Shown here piece by piece: positions 9,741 to 20,944 of a DNA stretch of 64,000 nucleotides. Both the position numbers and the translations under genes were made by a program. The notes below the pieces were generated by a model. That model ran no database searches and was not told where the DNA came from. It worked only from the letters and a program-made list of their open reading frames with translations. Position 1 is the stretch's first letter. Each line of letters opens with the position of its first letter. The DNA comes from Gloeobacterales cyanobacterium (GTDB taxonomy: Bacteria > Cyanobacteriota > Cyanobacteriia > Gloeobacterales > PMM-0068), in contig JBBRSB010000010.1 in NCBI GenBank assembly GCA_038245785.1, positions 32,001-96,000 of the forward strand, read 5' to 3'.

Positions 9741-10094
9741 ATGAGACACGGTAAACGTATCGCCCGCCTCGGCAAACCCGCAGATCAGCGCAAAGCCCTA
9801 ATGCGTTCTTTGACGACAGAGTTGCTTCGTCATGGACAGATCAAAACTACTTTGGTTCGCGCTAAGGCAGTCCGTTCTGAAGCTGAGCACATTATTACCT
9901 TGGCTAAAGAAGGCTCTATTCACAGTCGCCGCCAAGCAGCTGGTTATCTGTTTGACCAAACCTTGGTCAAAGCATTATTTGAGGGAGTTCCTGAGCGCTA
10001 TAGCAAGCGCGTAGGAGGCTATACCCGGATTATGCGCACCGTTTCCCGTAGGGGAGATGGCGCTCCGATGGCCGTGATTGAACTCGTCGATTAA
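9741..10094 (+). CDS. rplQ: 50S ribosomal protein L17
   Basis: [27 protein letters not shown]. Confidence 0.98.
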   Translation: MRHGKRIARLGKPADQRKALMRSLTTELLRHGQIKTTLVRAKAVRSEAEHIITLAKEGSIHSRRQAAGYLFDQTLVKALFEGVPERYSKRVGGYTRIMRTVSRRGDGAPMAVIELVD

Positions 10095-10117
10095 GCGTTT
10101 TAAGCATTTGTTTTTGG

Positions 10118-10146
10118 AAAAGCCCATCTGCGAAGGTGGGCTTTTT
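10118..10146 (+). terminator. Rho-independent terminator after rplQ
   Basis: AAAAGCCCATCT-GCGA-AGGTGGGCTTTTT hairpin with a T tail. Confidence 0.85.
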
Positions 10147-10214
10147 ATTGAATGAATTTCCTAGCCGCCTAATCAATAGAGCTCCTGCATGAATTAACGT
10201 TTGCCCACTTACGT

Positions 10215-10409
10215 GTGAATCGCAAAGATGGTTATCCAAAATATTTTCTATATGGTTATTTGGATGAATGGATAATCATGCCCAACCCGGTGCATAGGAT
10301 GGTGGCATCAAACCACCAACGGCGTAGGGGCGATTTGCAAATCGCCCCTACGAACGCCGAAAATGCCACCACACCGCCTGAAAAAATGTTCCAATGGTTT
10401 GTGTTTTGA
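10215..10409 (+). pseudogene. Fragment of a REP-associated tyrosine transposase (RAYT/IS200-like)
   Basis: YLDEWIIMPNPVHRMV..RGDLQIAPT resembles RAYT LDEWVIMPNHxHGI..RGDSRIAPT; the first HUH histidine has become Pro. Confidence 0.65.
10323..10352. repeat. Perfect 30-bp GTAG-type REP-like palindrome
   Basis: CGTAGGGGCGATTTGCAAATCGCCCCTACG equals its own reverse complement. Confidence 0.85.
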
Positions 10410-10486
10410 CATGCAAAACCATTTTCTCAAAATGGATAAATATCATCTGGTATTACTTTTCGGGATTTATGCAGGAGCTCTAATCT

Positions 10487-10762
10487 CTACAGTCTCTTGC
10501 CCATACTTACAACATCATCTACTGGCGAAACCGCTAGGTGATTCAGCCATCCACGGTGGCCCTCATAATATCCTGCCATCACGGTAGCGATAACCTGGGA
10601 ATCGAGAGTGCCTACTAAAAACAAATCAGGCTGAATTTGGAGTTTGAAGGCAATATCTTGTTGAGGATCGTTCCAAGGAACAAGGAGGTTACAGCAATCC
10701 CACAAGTCAATAACCTGTAATTCATCGCCTGTCTGATAAGGTCTGATATTGATAGGTAGCAT
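10487..10762 (-). pseudogene. Truncated GNAT acetyltransferase (YpeA-like)
   Basis: PWNDPQQDI..LFLVG..ATVMAGYYEGHRGWLNHLAVSP, then a stop at 91 aa right beside the MITE end. Confidence 0.75.
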
Positions 10763-10767
10763 TTGAC

Positions 10768-11156
10768 CTAGACTTCGACTTTATAATTCAGGCTTATTTC
10801 ATCACCGGGCAAGCCTCGGAAACCCCAGTTATGTTTTGAAGTTTCAAAAATAGTAATCTCTAAGTCTTTGGGGCGATGCTTAATTTATGCTCGACTCGCT
10901 GAAAAAGCAATCGAATTAAGTGCTTCTTCATTTCTACCGAACGTCCCTCAAACATACTGATTTCAAGAATCGTATACTGTTCACTGCGGTCGGGTGGATA
11001 GTAAAAATCAGATTTATCCAAAGGAAAGAAGCAATGCGCCCTTTTATCGGGGGGATAGTGCAAAGCTTCTACTACGCAAGAGTGGATGACCTCCGACAGC
11101 TCAGCTTTAATCGGGTTGAGGTGTTCTCTGATTCCAAAGATTTTAATTTGAGACAT
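10768..11156 (-). pseudogene. Tautomerase-family (Tautomerase_2-like) gene split by a -1 frameshift
   Basis: The 98-aa ORF stops at 10860. The -1 frame continues DLEITIFETSKHNWGFRGLPGDEISLNYKVEV* to 10768, which gives a full 129-aa protein. Confidence 0.75.
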
Positions 11157-11165
11157 GACCGAACT

Positions 11166-11528
11166 CTAACTGACCAATAGCCCTTCAATCGCCAAGAGGG
11201 TAAAAAAACTTCCCGTTAACATCAGATGATTGGCGGTCCAGGAGAAGAGGTGTTCTTGAGCCTCTGGGCTTTGGAGATGACGAGCAACTAAATACAAGCT
11301 GAAGCCAATCCAGCCAATGGTCAGGCCCATAATCGGCAAGTTCATCAGCGGAATAAGATCTAAGTAGCTCCAGGCAAAGCAGAGGTAGAGTAAGGCCAGC
11401 ATGAGCGTTACGAGGAAACGATACTGTTCCTGAGGCAGCAGCGCAAAACCATTGAAAATGCGGCCATCAAAGAAACTGACCGCCACTCCCATCACCATCA
11501 CTGAAAGACTATATGCTAGGGCATCCAA
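11166..11528 (-). CDS. Hypothetical membrane protein (about 4 TM)
   Basis: Hydrophobic 120-aa ORF; GGAG upstream of the TTG start. Confidence 0.6.
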   Translation of the reverse strand: MDALAYSLSVMVMGVAVSFFDGRIFNGFALLPQEQYRFLVTLMLALLYLCFAWSYLDLIPLMNLPIMGLTIGWIGFSLYLVARHLQSPEAQEHLFSWTANHLMLTGSFFTLLAIEGLLVS

Positions 11529-11707
11529 ACAAGCTCCTCCAGAACATTGGATTTATTATTGCCCAATCAGTGAAAAACTACTAGGTATTCATGCTGATCA
11601 AAGCTGATTCAAAAATCAAAGCCCGAAGCAGGCTCCCCGATCCCCTATAATTGTTCAGGGAAGTTAAATATTAAGTTGGCCTTAGTCCTTTATTGCCTGA
11701 GTTATTG

Positions 11708-12442
11708 ATGGGGAATTCCACAACTGCAAAAACCTTGGTGCTCCTAACGGGTGCCACCAGCGGTATTGGGAAGCACACAGCTATAGCTCTAGCTAAGGCA
11801 GGTTATCCTCTGGCTTTGGTTGCTCGCTCCGAAGATAAACTTCAACAGATTTGTGCGGAGATTGAAGCCCTTCAAGTCCAAGGATCTGCCGCATCCTACT
11901 TTCCTCAAGATTTGACCGAGCTGACAAGCCTGGAGACTGTGGTTGAGAAAATTGAGAGAGAGCGAGGCAGCATCGGCGTCCTGATTAATAATGCAGGCAT
12001 GGGCTATATAAAGCCCTTATTGGAAACTCCAATTCAAGAATGGCAGCAGGTCTTAGACTTAAACCTCACTGCTATTTTCGCGCTCACCCAGTCGGTAGTT
12101 CGACGAATGGTTGAACGGAGAGAAGGCCTTGTGGTAAATCTATGCTCCATAGCAGCCCAGAGGACTTTTCCTAATTGGGGGGCCTATAGTGCCAGTAAGT
12201 TTGCTCTTTTGGCACTGAGCCGTACCCTGGCACAAGAAGTCCGTAGCTCTGGGGTGCGTGTGACCGCGCTGTGTCCAGGGGCCGTAGACACCCCTTTGTG
12301 GGACAGTCTTAATGCAGGCTTTGACCGAACGCAAATGCTTTCCCCTGAAACGGTTGCTCAATGGATTGTCCAGACGCTTGCCTTGCCCCCGCAAGCTGTT
12401 TTGGAAGAGGCAATCCTGATGCCATCAGGTGGTGCTCTTTAG
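11708..12442 (+). CDS. SDR-family oxidoreductase
   Basis: [12 protein letters not shown] and YSASK motifs; directly upstream of folE. Confidence 0.9.
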   Translation: MGNSTTAKTLVLLTGATSGIGKHTAIALAKAGYPLALVARSEDKLQQICAEIEALQVQGSAASYFPQDLTELTSLETVVEKIERERGSIGVLINNAGMGYIKPLLETPIQEWQQVLDLNLTAIFALTQSVVRRMVERREGLVVNLCSIAAQRTFPNWGAYSASKFALLALSRTLAQEVRSSGVRVTALCPGAVDTPLWDSLNAGFDRTQMLSPETVAQWIVQTLALPPQAVLEEAILMPSGGAL

Positions 12443-12489
12443 TTCTTCTACTATTTATTTTTTGTTTTGTAATTCCTGGAGGAATCGAT

Positions 12490-13116
12490 ATGTCCGTGGC
12501 TGAATCGAAAGATAGCTGGTCTCCCAGTACGCCCCTTGCGGCTTCCCCTGACACTGAGGAAATGGTGAAAGCAGTAGAAGTTTTGATTCGAGGGGTAGGT
12601 GAAGACCCAAACCGAGAAGGACTGGAAAAAACGCCTTCCCGAGTGGCGGCAGCTCTACAATTTCTGACCCAGGGCTACAACCAATCGCTAGAAGAGATAG
12701 TCAATGAAGCGATCTTTGATGTCGGCCACGACGAAATGGTTTTGGTTCGAGATATCGAACTGTTTAGCATGTGTGAGCATCACATGCTCCCCTTCATTGG
12801 CCGCGCTCATGTAGGCTATATTCCTAACCAAAAAGTCGTAGGACTTTCCAAACTCGCTCGTATTGTCGAAATGTATGCCCGGCGGATGCAGGTCCAAGAG
12901 AGGCTAACCCGCCAGATCGCTGAAGCTATCCAGAAATGTCTGCAGCCTCAGGGAGTAGCGGTCGTGATCGAAGCATCCCATATGTGTATGGTTATGCGCG
13001 GAGTTCAAAAACCTAGTTCATGGACCGTGACTAGCTCCATGGTCGGAGTTTTCAGAGAAGATCTCAGGACACGCGAAGAATTTCTGAATTTGATTCGCCA
13101 CAGACCCCAGTTCTGA
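12490..13116 (+). CDS. folE: GTP cyclohydrolase I
   Basis: [27 protein letters not shown] and [12 protein letters not shown] 12490 with GGAGG RBS. Confidence 0.96.
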   Translation: MSVAESKDSWSPSTPLAASPDTEEMVKAVEVLIRGVGEDPNREGLEKTPSRVAAALQFLTQGYNQSLEEIVNEAIFDVGHDEMVLVRDIELFSMCEHHMLPFIGRAHVGYIPNQKVVGLSKLARIVEMYARRMQVQERLTRQIAEAIQKCLQPQGVAVVIEASHMCMVMRGVQKPSSWTVTSSMVGVFREDLRTREEFLNLIRHRPQF

Positions 13117-13149
13117 AGCTAGACTGTCTGAACTGAATGCTTAAAGCAG

Positions 13150-13404
13150 ATGGGCTCTCCTCAAACTACGGTGTACGTAAAGGTCAATCACTCCTCTTGG
13201 CCCTCAGGTGAATTGTTCGGTGAAGTCCAAGCAGGATCTTTCGAATGGACCTTTGCTTGGCACTTTCGCCAGGATAAACTCCGGCTGACGCCTCCTCTGG
13301 GTAGCGCCTTAGTTTCTGAACCGCTCCATCGCTTTTTAGAGCGTCATGACTACAATCTGGAGTTGGGAGAGGTTTACTCTTTTGTCTTAAAAGCCCATAT
13401 TTGA
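13150..13404 (+). CDS. DUF3146-like conserved cyanobacterial protein
   Basis: PQTTVYV..GEVQAGSFEWTFAWHF..PLGSALVSEPLHRFLERHDYNLELG. Confidence 0.7.
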   Translation: MGSPQTTVYVKVNHSSWPSGELFGEVQAGSFEWTFAWHFRQDKLRLTPPLGSALVSEPLHRFLERHDYNLELGEVYSFVLKAHI

Positions 13405-13497
13405 GAAAGGTCTTAGTCAAATCAATATTCGCAAACACAACAAAATCGGGCATCTTAAGATTATTCCGGCTTCTTTTCTCTCTGGAGCTTCCGCAGC

Positions 13498-14310
13498 GTG
13501 CCTTCCGCTTTCTCTCAGCACAGTGATGTCCTTAAAATCTTACAGCTGACAGATACTCACCTCTATGGGACTCCTAAAGCCCGGTTGGCAGGCATAGATA
13601 CTTATGCTTCTCTCCAGAATGTTATAGCTCTAGCACAAGCCCAGCATTGGCCACCGGATCTGATTTTGGCCACGGGAGACCTATCTCAAGATGGATCTCG
13701 AGAGGCCTACGAGCGGCTACAAACTATTTTTGAAAGCTTGGCAGTCCCTATTTACCATCTGCCAGGTAATCACGATATACCAGCAGTTATGCAAGAAGTT
13801 CTCGCTGGCGGCCCTATCCAAACTGGACGACATTATCTTCGAAGTCCATGGCAGATCATTTTGTTGGATTCCACTGTGCCGGATGAAGTGGGAGGGCATC
13901 TACCGGCCAAAGAGTTAGATTTCTTAGACCAGTGTTTACGGTCCTACCCAGAGCGCTATGCTCTGGTCTGCCTCCATCATCAGCCTGTGCCTGTCGGTAA
14001 TCGCTGGATGGATGAAATTGGCTTAGACAATCCTGATCGTTTTTTTGCCATACTAGACCGCTATCCCCGAGCCAAAGGCGTACTTTGGGGGCATGTCCAT
14101 CAGCACTTTGAACAGGAACGCATAGGAGTCCGGCTGTTGGCCACCCCTTCTACCTGTATCCAATTCAAGCCCGGAACAGCAGAATTTACCTTGGATACGA
14201 CTTTGCCTGGTTATCGTTGGTTAGAACTGGCTCCTACAGGCTATATCCGTACAGGCGTGTGCCGTACAGACCAGATTCAGCTTATAGATTTAGCTACCAA
14301 AGAGTACTAA
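13498..14310 (+). CDS. cpdA: 3',5'-cyclic-AMP phosphodiesterase (Icc/CpdA)
   Basis: DTH, GDLSQDG, PGNHD, HHQP, GHVH and PSTCIQFKP metallophosphoesterase motifs. Confidence 0.88.
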   Translation: MPSAFSQHSDVLKILQLTDTHLYGTPKARLAGIDTYASLQNVIALAQAQHWPPDLILATGDLSQDGSREAYERLQTIFESLAVPIYHLPGNHDIPAVMQEVLAGGPIQTGRHYLRSPWQIILLDSTVPDEVGGHLPAKELDFLDQCLRSYPERYALVCLHHQPVPVGNRWMDEIGLDNPDRFFAILDRYPRAKGVLWGHVHQHFEQERIGVRLLATPSTCIQFKPGTAEFTLDTTLPGYRWLELAPTGYIRTGVCRTDQIQLIDLATKEY

Positions 14311-14316
14311 TGCAGC

Positions 14317-14919
14317 CTAGCTTGAGATAGTTTCTAGAGTCTTGAGTTTTTCAGGTAATAGGGTAGGACCAAGATATTTCTCAGCCGTAGGAGAAAAGAC
14401 CTCATAAATTAAGGTAAAGGGAGCTCCATCTCGCCACATAAGATAGTGTCTTCCCCAAAATGGCCCAGGGTGATCGAAGGCTTTGATAAGTTTGGCATTA
14501 GTGCCTTGATAGAGGCCCTTGAGGTCCCGATAAAATTCTGTATGCTTCGTGGACAGGCTTGTCCAAATGGGGAGGAGCGGGTTTTCTAGAGAGCGATCCA
14601 CATCCTGGACAGGCCACCAAGAAGTTGCATAGGCTAAGCGTTCACCGGAGGCTGTTCTCAACCAAATTTGCCGACGCAGCCGAGGACCAGGGATCAGGAC
14701 CATTTCAGCAGGGAATGCTTCTATAGCCTCCCCCAAAGGCTTCATTTCGATCAAATCAATTTGAATTTCTTGACCAGTGACCACCTGAAAATGTCGGGTA
14801 GGAGCACCATCCCCCATGAGCAGCATGCGCCAAGCGGGGCTTAACCTAGCAGGAGCTTCACCTTGTTCTATTTGTTGAGGAAGCGCTTCCCAAGTCCGTG
14901 CTAACCGATGCCAAGTCAT
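14317..14919 (-). CDS. Chorismate lyase-like protein (DUF98/Ycf21)
   Basis: LLMGDGAPTRH, RRQIWL..YATSWW and GRHY..LIYEVFSP. Confidence 0.85.
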   Translation of the reverse strand: MTWHRLARTWEALPQQIEQGEAPARLSPAWRMLLMGDGAPTRHFQVVTGQEIQIDLIEMKPLGEAIEAFPAEMVLIPGPRLRRQIWLRTASGERLAYATSWWPVQDVDRSLENPLLPIWTSLSTKHTEFYRDLKGLYQGTNAKLIKAFDHPGPFWGRHYLMWRDGAPFTLIYEVFSPTAEKYLGPTLLPEKLKTLETISS

Positions 14920-14983
14920 AAATCTTTACATTTTAGTGTGCTACCACTCTAACGCGAGTTCTGAGGATTGCTTACGAACAAAT

Positions 14984-16690
14984 TTACGAATTGCTGACAT
15001 CCATGCCTGCTTTAAAAGCAGCCTGCATGGCAAAGTTCTTCACCCGCTTGCTCACTTTTCGCACAATCCGAGGACGGGTGAAAGAATGATGCTCACGTAA
15101 GATGGCATGGGCACAATTCCGGCCTGGCATGCCAGAAATAGAACCACCAGGATGGGTACCTGCTCCCGTGAGATAGAGACCTGTAATTGAGGTTTTGTAA
15201 TTAGCAAGTTCAGGTAGAGGGCGGAAAAACAACATCTGTTCTACCGTCATATCCATGTGATAGAAATTTCCCTTCAAGGTCGCCGTGCGCGCAGCCAGCT
15301 CAACCGGGCTTTCTACCCTACGGGCAATGATCGAAGACTTGAGATTGGGACAGTACTGAGCCAACTTATCGATACAACGGTCAGCCACCTTTTCTTTAAT
15401 CAAACCCCAATCGCGATCGGGACCTTGGCTAATCTCCCAAGGGGCAAAAAATTCTATCCAGAGGGTATGTTTACCGGGTGGAGCCATAGAAGGATCTAGA
15501 ACCGTGGGCACTACTACATAAAGGGAAGGGTCATCCGGAATTTTCCCCTGTAGAGGCTCTTGATGGGCTCGTTCTACATGTTCCACAGAATCCGCAATCA
15601 GCAAGGAACCAATGAGCCAATCATCCTGATGTCCCCACGCACTAAAGCGAGGAGCCTCAGAAAGAGCGCAATCGATTTTCATCACGCTTTCGTTGTTATT
15701 CACCACCGTGCGATTTAAGCGACCTGTGACGCCCTCCGCCCAGGCCTCAGCATCCGCAGGGTCTAGAAGCTTGTTATAGAGCTGCACCGCATCCAGGTTC
15801 GAAATAACGCCCATCTTGCATTGGTATTCTTGGCCGGCTTGAGTGCGTACGCCTACGGCTCGGCCAGTGTTATCGACCAGGATGCGGCCGACAGGTGCAT
15901 CGGTCAGAATTTCAACGCCCAGGTCTGTCAAAAGAGCACCCAATGCCTGAGTGAGCATCCCCGTCCCCCCACGTGGGCGACTCATTCCTGGACCGTGACG
16001 CATGGCCAACATAGTCACGCCAAAGGCAATCCCCTTCTCTGAAGGAGGAGCACCCAATTCAGCCGCTAAACGGGCAATCGGGGCTTTGATAAATTCGGCA
16101 TCGAACCATTCGTTAATCAGATTTTGAGGGCTGGTGACCATGCGACGGGCAAATTCTAAGACGCCCTGAGGTCCATCGGCTAGGTCGAACAGATCGTTGA
16201 TGACTGTGGGGTTGAAATTTCTAAGAATACCTGGAATTGATTGAGGAGCAGCATTGAACGTAGTAGCAAACAGACGCATAGCTCGCTGCCAATAGGAAAT
16301 AAAATCTCGGTAAGCAACGGCATCTCTTGGAGAAAATCGCTCAATCTCTTTACAAGTACGCTCTACATCCTGCCAAGCCAAGAAGAAACTGCCATCAGGG
16401 TGCGGACAAAATACAGTAGGGTCACACCATAGATATTCCAGTCCATAGTTCTCCAGCTTTAATTCTCGGAGTACTGGCCCTAGATGGATAAACTCATGAT
16501 CAATCGCACAAAGATTAAACTTGAAGCCTGGTGCCGCTTCTGGCATGGCCTCTTCAGTCGTAGCACATCCACCAATCTTGCCGCGCCGCTCTAGAACCAG
16601 ACAAGAATAGCCCGCTTTAGCGAGGTAGGCTGCACAGGTCATTCCGTTGTGCCCTGCCCCGATCAAAATAAAGTCAAATGTTTGAGACAT
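14984..16690 (-). CDS. crtO: Beta-carotene ketolase (CrtO type)
   Basis: IGAGHNG, PGFKFNLCAIDHEFIHLGP and GAGTHPGGSISGMPGRNCA. Confidence 0.88.
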   Translation of the reverse strand: MSQTFDFILIGAGHNGMTCAAYLAKAGYSCLVLERRGKIGGCATTEEAMPEAAPGFKFNLCAIDHEFIHLGPVLRELKLENYGLEYLWCDPTVFCPHPDGSFFLAWQDVERTCKEIERFSPRDAVAYRDFISYWQRAMRLFATTFNAAPQSIPGILRNFNPTVINDLFDLADGPQGVLEFARRMVTSPQNLINEWFDAEFIKAPIARLAAELGAPPSEKGIAFGVTMLAMRHGPGMSRPRGGTGMLTQALGALLTDLGVEILTDAPVGRILVDNTGRAVGVRTQAGQEYQCKMGVISNLDAVQLYNKLLDPADAEAWAEGVTGRLNRTVVNNNESVMKIDCALSEAPRFSAWGHQDDWLIGSLLIADSVEHVERAHQEPLQGKIPDDPSLYVVVPTVLDPSMAPPGKHTLWIEFFAPWEISQGPDRDWGLIKEKVADRCIDKLAQYCPNLKSSIIARRVESPVELAARTATLKGNFYHMDMTVEQMLFFRPLPELANYKTSITGLYLTGAGTHPGGSISGMPGRNCAHAILREHHSFTRPRIVRKVSKRVKNFAMQAAFKAGMDVSNS

Positions 16691-16916
16691 ATTACGATTC
16701 TAAGATTGATAGGTCTGATTGCTTGCGCTAGTTTTGAATTAAGGGCTTAAGCTTACGTGAGAAATACGAAGAAAACGTTTGCTAGAGGGCAATATATCCA
16801 TACTGTAGCCCTTTAAGAGAGCACCTCAAACCACAATAGCGGGTTTATAAATTTTTTTACTCCCTCCGTGGATATGGATATACCCAAACTCGGAGCAAAA
16901 GCCTTTAAATAAGAGT

Positions 16917-17573
16917 ATGATGCGCGAATTTTTTGTCCAAGAGTTGAATGGAACCCGTACTGAATTATTACGCATGGGTGCCCTTGCAGAAAAAGCACTT
17001 TCTGATGCCTTACTAGGGATTGTCCAATCTGATTTAGAAGCAGCAGGTCGCGTCAAGGCTTTAGAAGAAGCTATCGATAGCTCTAACCGGACTATTTATG
17101 ATCGTTGTCTAAGGTTTATCAATCTACAGGCTCCTGTGGCCTCAGATACCCGCTACATCACAGGTATTCTCGAAGCTATTGTCAGCATCGAACGAATTGG
17201 AGACTATGCAGATGACTTGGCAGATGTTGCCTTTGCTTTAGCCGGAAAACCCTTGCCTCCCTTTATCCAGGATTTTGCACTTATGGGCAGTCATGTCCAG
17301 ACTATGGTCCGGGCCGCTTTAGATACCTGGGCTACGCTGGATCGAGAACAAGGCTTGGCTGTGCGGTCTATGGATGATGTTGTAGATGCTGACTACCAAA
17401 AACTTTTCCAGTCCCTTAGCACTTTCATCCAGGAGGGATCTGAGGATAGAGATGGTTCTGTCCCTCTCCACCTCGTCCTCGTCTGTCGGTATCTTGAGCG
17501 GATTGCAGACCATGCCGTTAATGCGGCAGAACAAGCGGCTTATGCAGCTCCTAATACCACAAGGCCTTCATGA
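16917..17573 (+). CDS. phoU: Phosphate signalling protein PhoU
   Basis: QAPVASD..ERIGDYA and a second repeat LERIADHAVN. Confidence 0.92.
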   Translation: MMREFFVQELNGTRTELLRMGALAEKALSDALLGIVQSDLEAAGRVKALEEAIDSSNRTIYDRCLRFINLQAPVASDTRYITGILEAIVSIERIGDYADDLADVAFALAGKPLPPFIQDFALMGSHVQTMVRAALDTWATLDREQGLAVRSMDDVVDADYQKLFQSLSTFIQEGSEDRDGSVPLHLVLVCRYLERIADHAVNAAEQAAYAAPNTTRPS

Positions 17574-17582
17574 AGCTTAGTC

Positions 17583-18692
<1,110 letters not shown>

Positions 18693-18699
18693 CTAAGCA

Positions 18700-19155
18700 C
18701 TACAGATCAAGATCGTCTTCATCATCCCAGTCCGGTAGCGCAACGTCCAAGAGAACATCTTCAATAGAACTATCTAGATGAGAATTTTTCCGGGACCGTT
18801 CCTGCTCTTCTAGCGGATTGGTAAGTGGGATCAAACGTAGAACCCGGTCCCCCTGCACTAAGTCGAAGCAAGGGCGCTCTATTCTGGGCTCTTCGGCAGA
18901 GCGACATTGCCCTAGTTCCAAATATTCAAAGCTACTAACGTTGAGATAAAGAGTCTGATTGGCCACTAAGGTTGAGCAGGAAGGGTCATCGTAGACCTCC
19001 ATAATGTAGCCATCTCCCTTCTTGCGCAGGGTTCCTCCACATAGTTCCTGGTAGCGTACACGACTTAAGTCCTCAAGGAGACGGACCATGTCTCGCTTGT
19101 TAAGGACGATACCGACATCGATAATGCAGAGTGCGGTGGTAGTCTTCTGGCTCAT
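18700..19155 (-). CDS. Conserved cyanobacterial hypothetical protein
   Basis: NKRDMVRLLEDL..TLVANQTLYLNVSSFEYLEL resembles a cyanobacteria-wide uncharacterised family; acidic tail. Confidence 0.75.
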   Translation of the reverse strand: MSQKTTTALCIIDVGIVLNKRDMVRLLEDLSRVRYQELCGGTLRKKGDGYIMEVYDDPSCSTLVANQTLYLNVSSFEYLELGQCRSAEEPRIERPCFDLVQGDRVLRLIPLTNPLEEQERSRKNSHLDSSIEDVLLDVALPDWDDEDDLDL

Positions 19156-19338
19156 AGTTTAACGGGCCTCTTGAGGCTAAGGTTATGGGTGATGCTCATC
19201 AAATCTTGCATGGACATTGTGAACATTTTGAGGAGTCCACCCGTTAGTATAACTATTTACAAAAAACCTGTAGAGAGATTTATTCTTTAACCCTAGAACT
19301 CAGCTATGGATTGCGCATGAAGTTTCTGTGATTTTTTT

Positions 19339-20046
19339 ATGCTACGCCCCCATGTAACCCTTATTTTAGCAGCCAGTGCTGATGGCAAAATTGCTCCTGT
19401 CCGTCGAGGAGCCGCTCATTTTTCTTCCCCCCAAGACAAAATACATTTAGAAGAGCAGGTAGCGCTTGCAGATGCTGTCCTAATGGGTGCCTCTACTGTC
19501 CGGGCCTACTCCACAGCTTTTCTTGTAAAGCAGGACGCTTTACAGCAAGCAAGAAGAGCAAGAAATCAGTCTCCACAGCCCTTAGCTGTCGTCTGTTCAC
19601 GCAGCCTAAATCTTGATCCCGATCTCCCTTTTTTCCAACAGCCCCTGCCCAGAATCCTCCTCACAGGTCAGTCCAATCCTGAAGCGGCAAAAAAATTTGT
19701 AGGGTTGGCTGAGATTTGGATCTGTGGTTCTGAAGATGAAACGTCTCCTGAAGTAGATTTTCACAAAGCCCTCGCCCGACTCTTCGAACAAGGAGTGCGC
19801 CGTGTAGCAGCCTTAGGCGGAGGAGAAGTGGCAGCCCAATTATTTGCACTAGGGTTAGTTGATGAATGGTGGTTAACACTCTGTCCACTTGTCTTGGGGG
19901 GCACTACCGCTCCAACCCCTGTGGAAGGCCGTGGGTTTATAGAAGGCCAGAATGCACCTCATCTGGAGCTGCTTAGTTGCCAGCGCGCAGGTGATGAACT
20001 ATATGTTCACTATCGCGTCAAATCTGGTCGCCTAAGCTCTCAGTGA
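19339..20046 (+). CDS. RibD C-terminal/DHFR-like reductase family protein (second paralog)
   Basis: AASADGKIA, LGGGEVA and PLVLGGTTAPTPVEG. Confidence 0.88.
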   Translation: MLRPHVTLILAASADGKIAPVRRGAAHFSSPQDKIHLEEQVALADAVLMGASTVRAYSTAFLVKQDALQQARRARNQSPQPLAVVCSRSLNLDPDLPFFQQPLPRILLTGQSNPEAAKKFVGLAEIWICGSEDETSPEVDFHKALARLFEQGVRRVAALGGGEVAAQLFALGLVDEWWLTLCPLVLGGTTAPTPVEGRGFIEGQNAPHLELLSCQRAGDELYVHYRVKSGRLSSQ

Positions 20047-20420
20047 ATACTCTGAATATTCGGTGGTCTTCCGTTTTTTCCGTGGGTAATCTACGGATGA
20101 CTACGCAAGGTCTTGGATCCGAACCTTGAGCCCCATTTCTTAACAAAACTTCGATTGACATTGTGAAGAAATCGTAATGTTTTTTCTTGCGCGGGGCCAA
20201 AAATGTAGTTTTTGAAACAAAAAAGGGCAAATTATTTACTATTGATGCGTACAAATACGCATTCACATGTACTAGTCAATACATAAGTATTCAGAGAGGA
20301 GGCATTATATTCTCTCTAGGCCCCTACGCAATCTTTTTTAACGTAGCGGGGTAAGTCGGGAAGCCCACCACAGTGGTTCTTCTCTTTCAGGTGTGATGGT
20401 TCTATTACGTTAGAGAAAGG

Positions 20421-20846
20421 GTGAGGAAGGAAGTGACAGAGCAAAAAAGGTGTGAGCGTAATCGCAAACGTTCCAAAGGGCGCAGGATCAAATGTCCTCT
20501 CCATGGATGCCTAGTTCATAGCGTCAGCCAGAAGCATTCTCTATTTGCTAACCATCCTGAGCAATTACAGAGCAGAGGGATGACGAAACAAAAAGCGTCT
20601 CTTATTCTTCTAAGTAACTCAACGGTCTCTCTTGACCGAGAATGGCTAGAGGAGTTTTGGTGCGATGAATGTCAGGAGAAAAACTGGTATCACGTCAAAA
20701 GGACCGATGACGGCTATGTCCTGTCTAGTGCCTCTGCTAAGACATGGCAGCAATCTATGGGCACCATCGATCCCTATAAAGCCAATGCTTCGGTCAGTGA
20801 ATTCTCTGTACGAGAAGCAAACCGCTTTAGAGCAAGGAGAATTTGA
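20421..20846 (+). CDS. Conserved cyanobacterial hypothetical protein, possibly Zn-binding, EPS-locus associated
   Basis: CPLH..SVSQKH..EWLEEFWCDEC motifs. Confidence 0.7.
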   Translation: MRKEVTEQKRCERNRKRSKGRRIKCPLHGCLVHSVSQKHSLFANHPEQLQSRGMTKQKASLILLSNSTVSLDREWLEEFWCDECQEKNWYHVKRTDDGYVLSSASAKTWQQSMGTIDPYKANASVSEFSVREANRFRARRI

Positions 20847-20944
20847 CTCTACTTGGTCTAATGCGGGACTGAGCAGGCAAATATGTGTGCCCGCTAAATG
20901 TGTATAGTTTGAAAGAGTCCTCTGCTGCGAGCAAATAGATCCTG

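Larger units (their letters stand above)
10177..10482. mobile_element. MITE-like element with 18-bp terminal inverted repeats
   Basis: TAGAGCTCCTGCATGAAT (10177-10194) and ATTTATGCAGGAGCTCTA (10465-10482) match at 17/18 as inverted repeats; both ends are TA. Confidence 0.7.
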
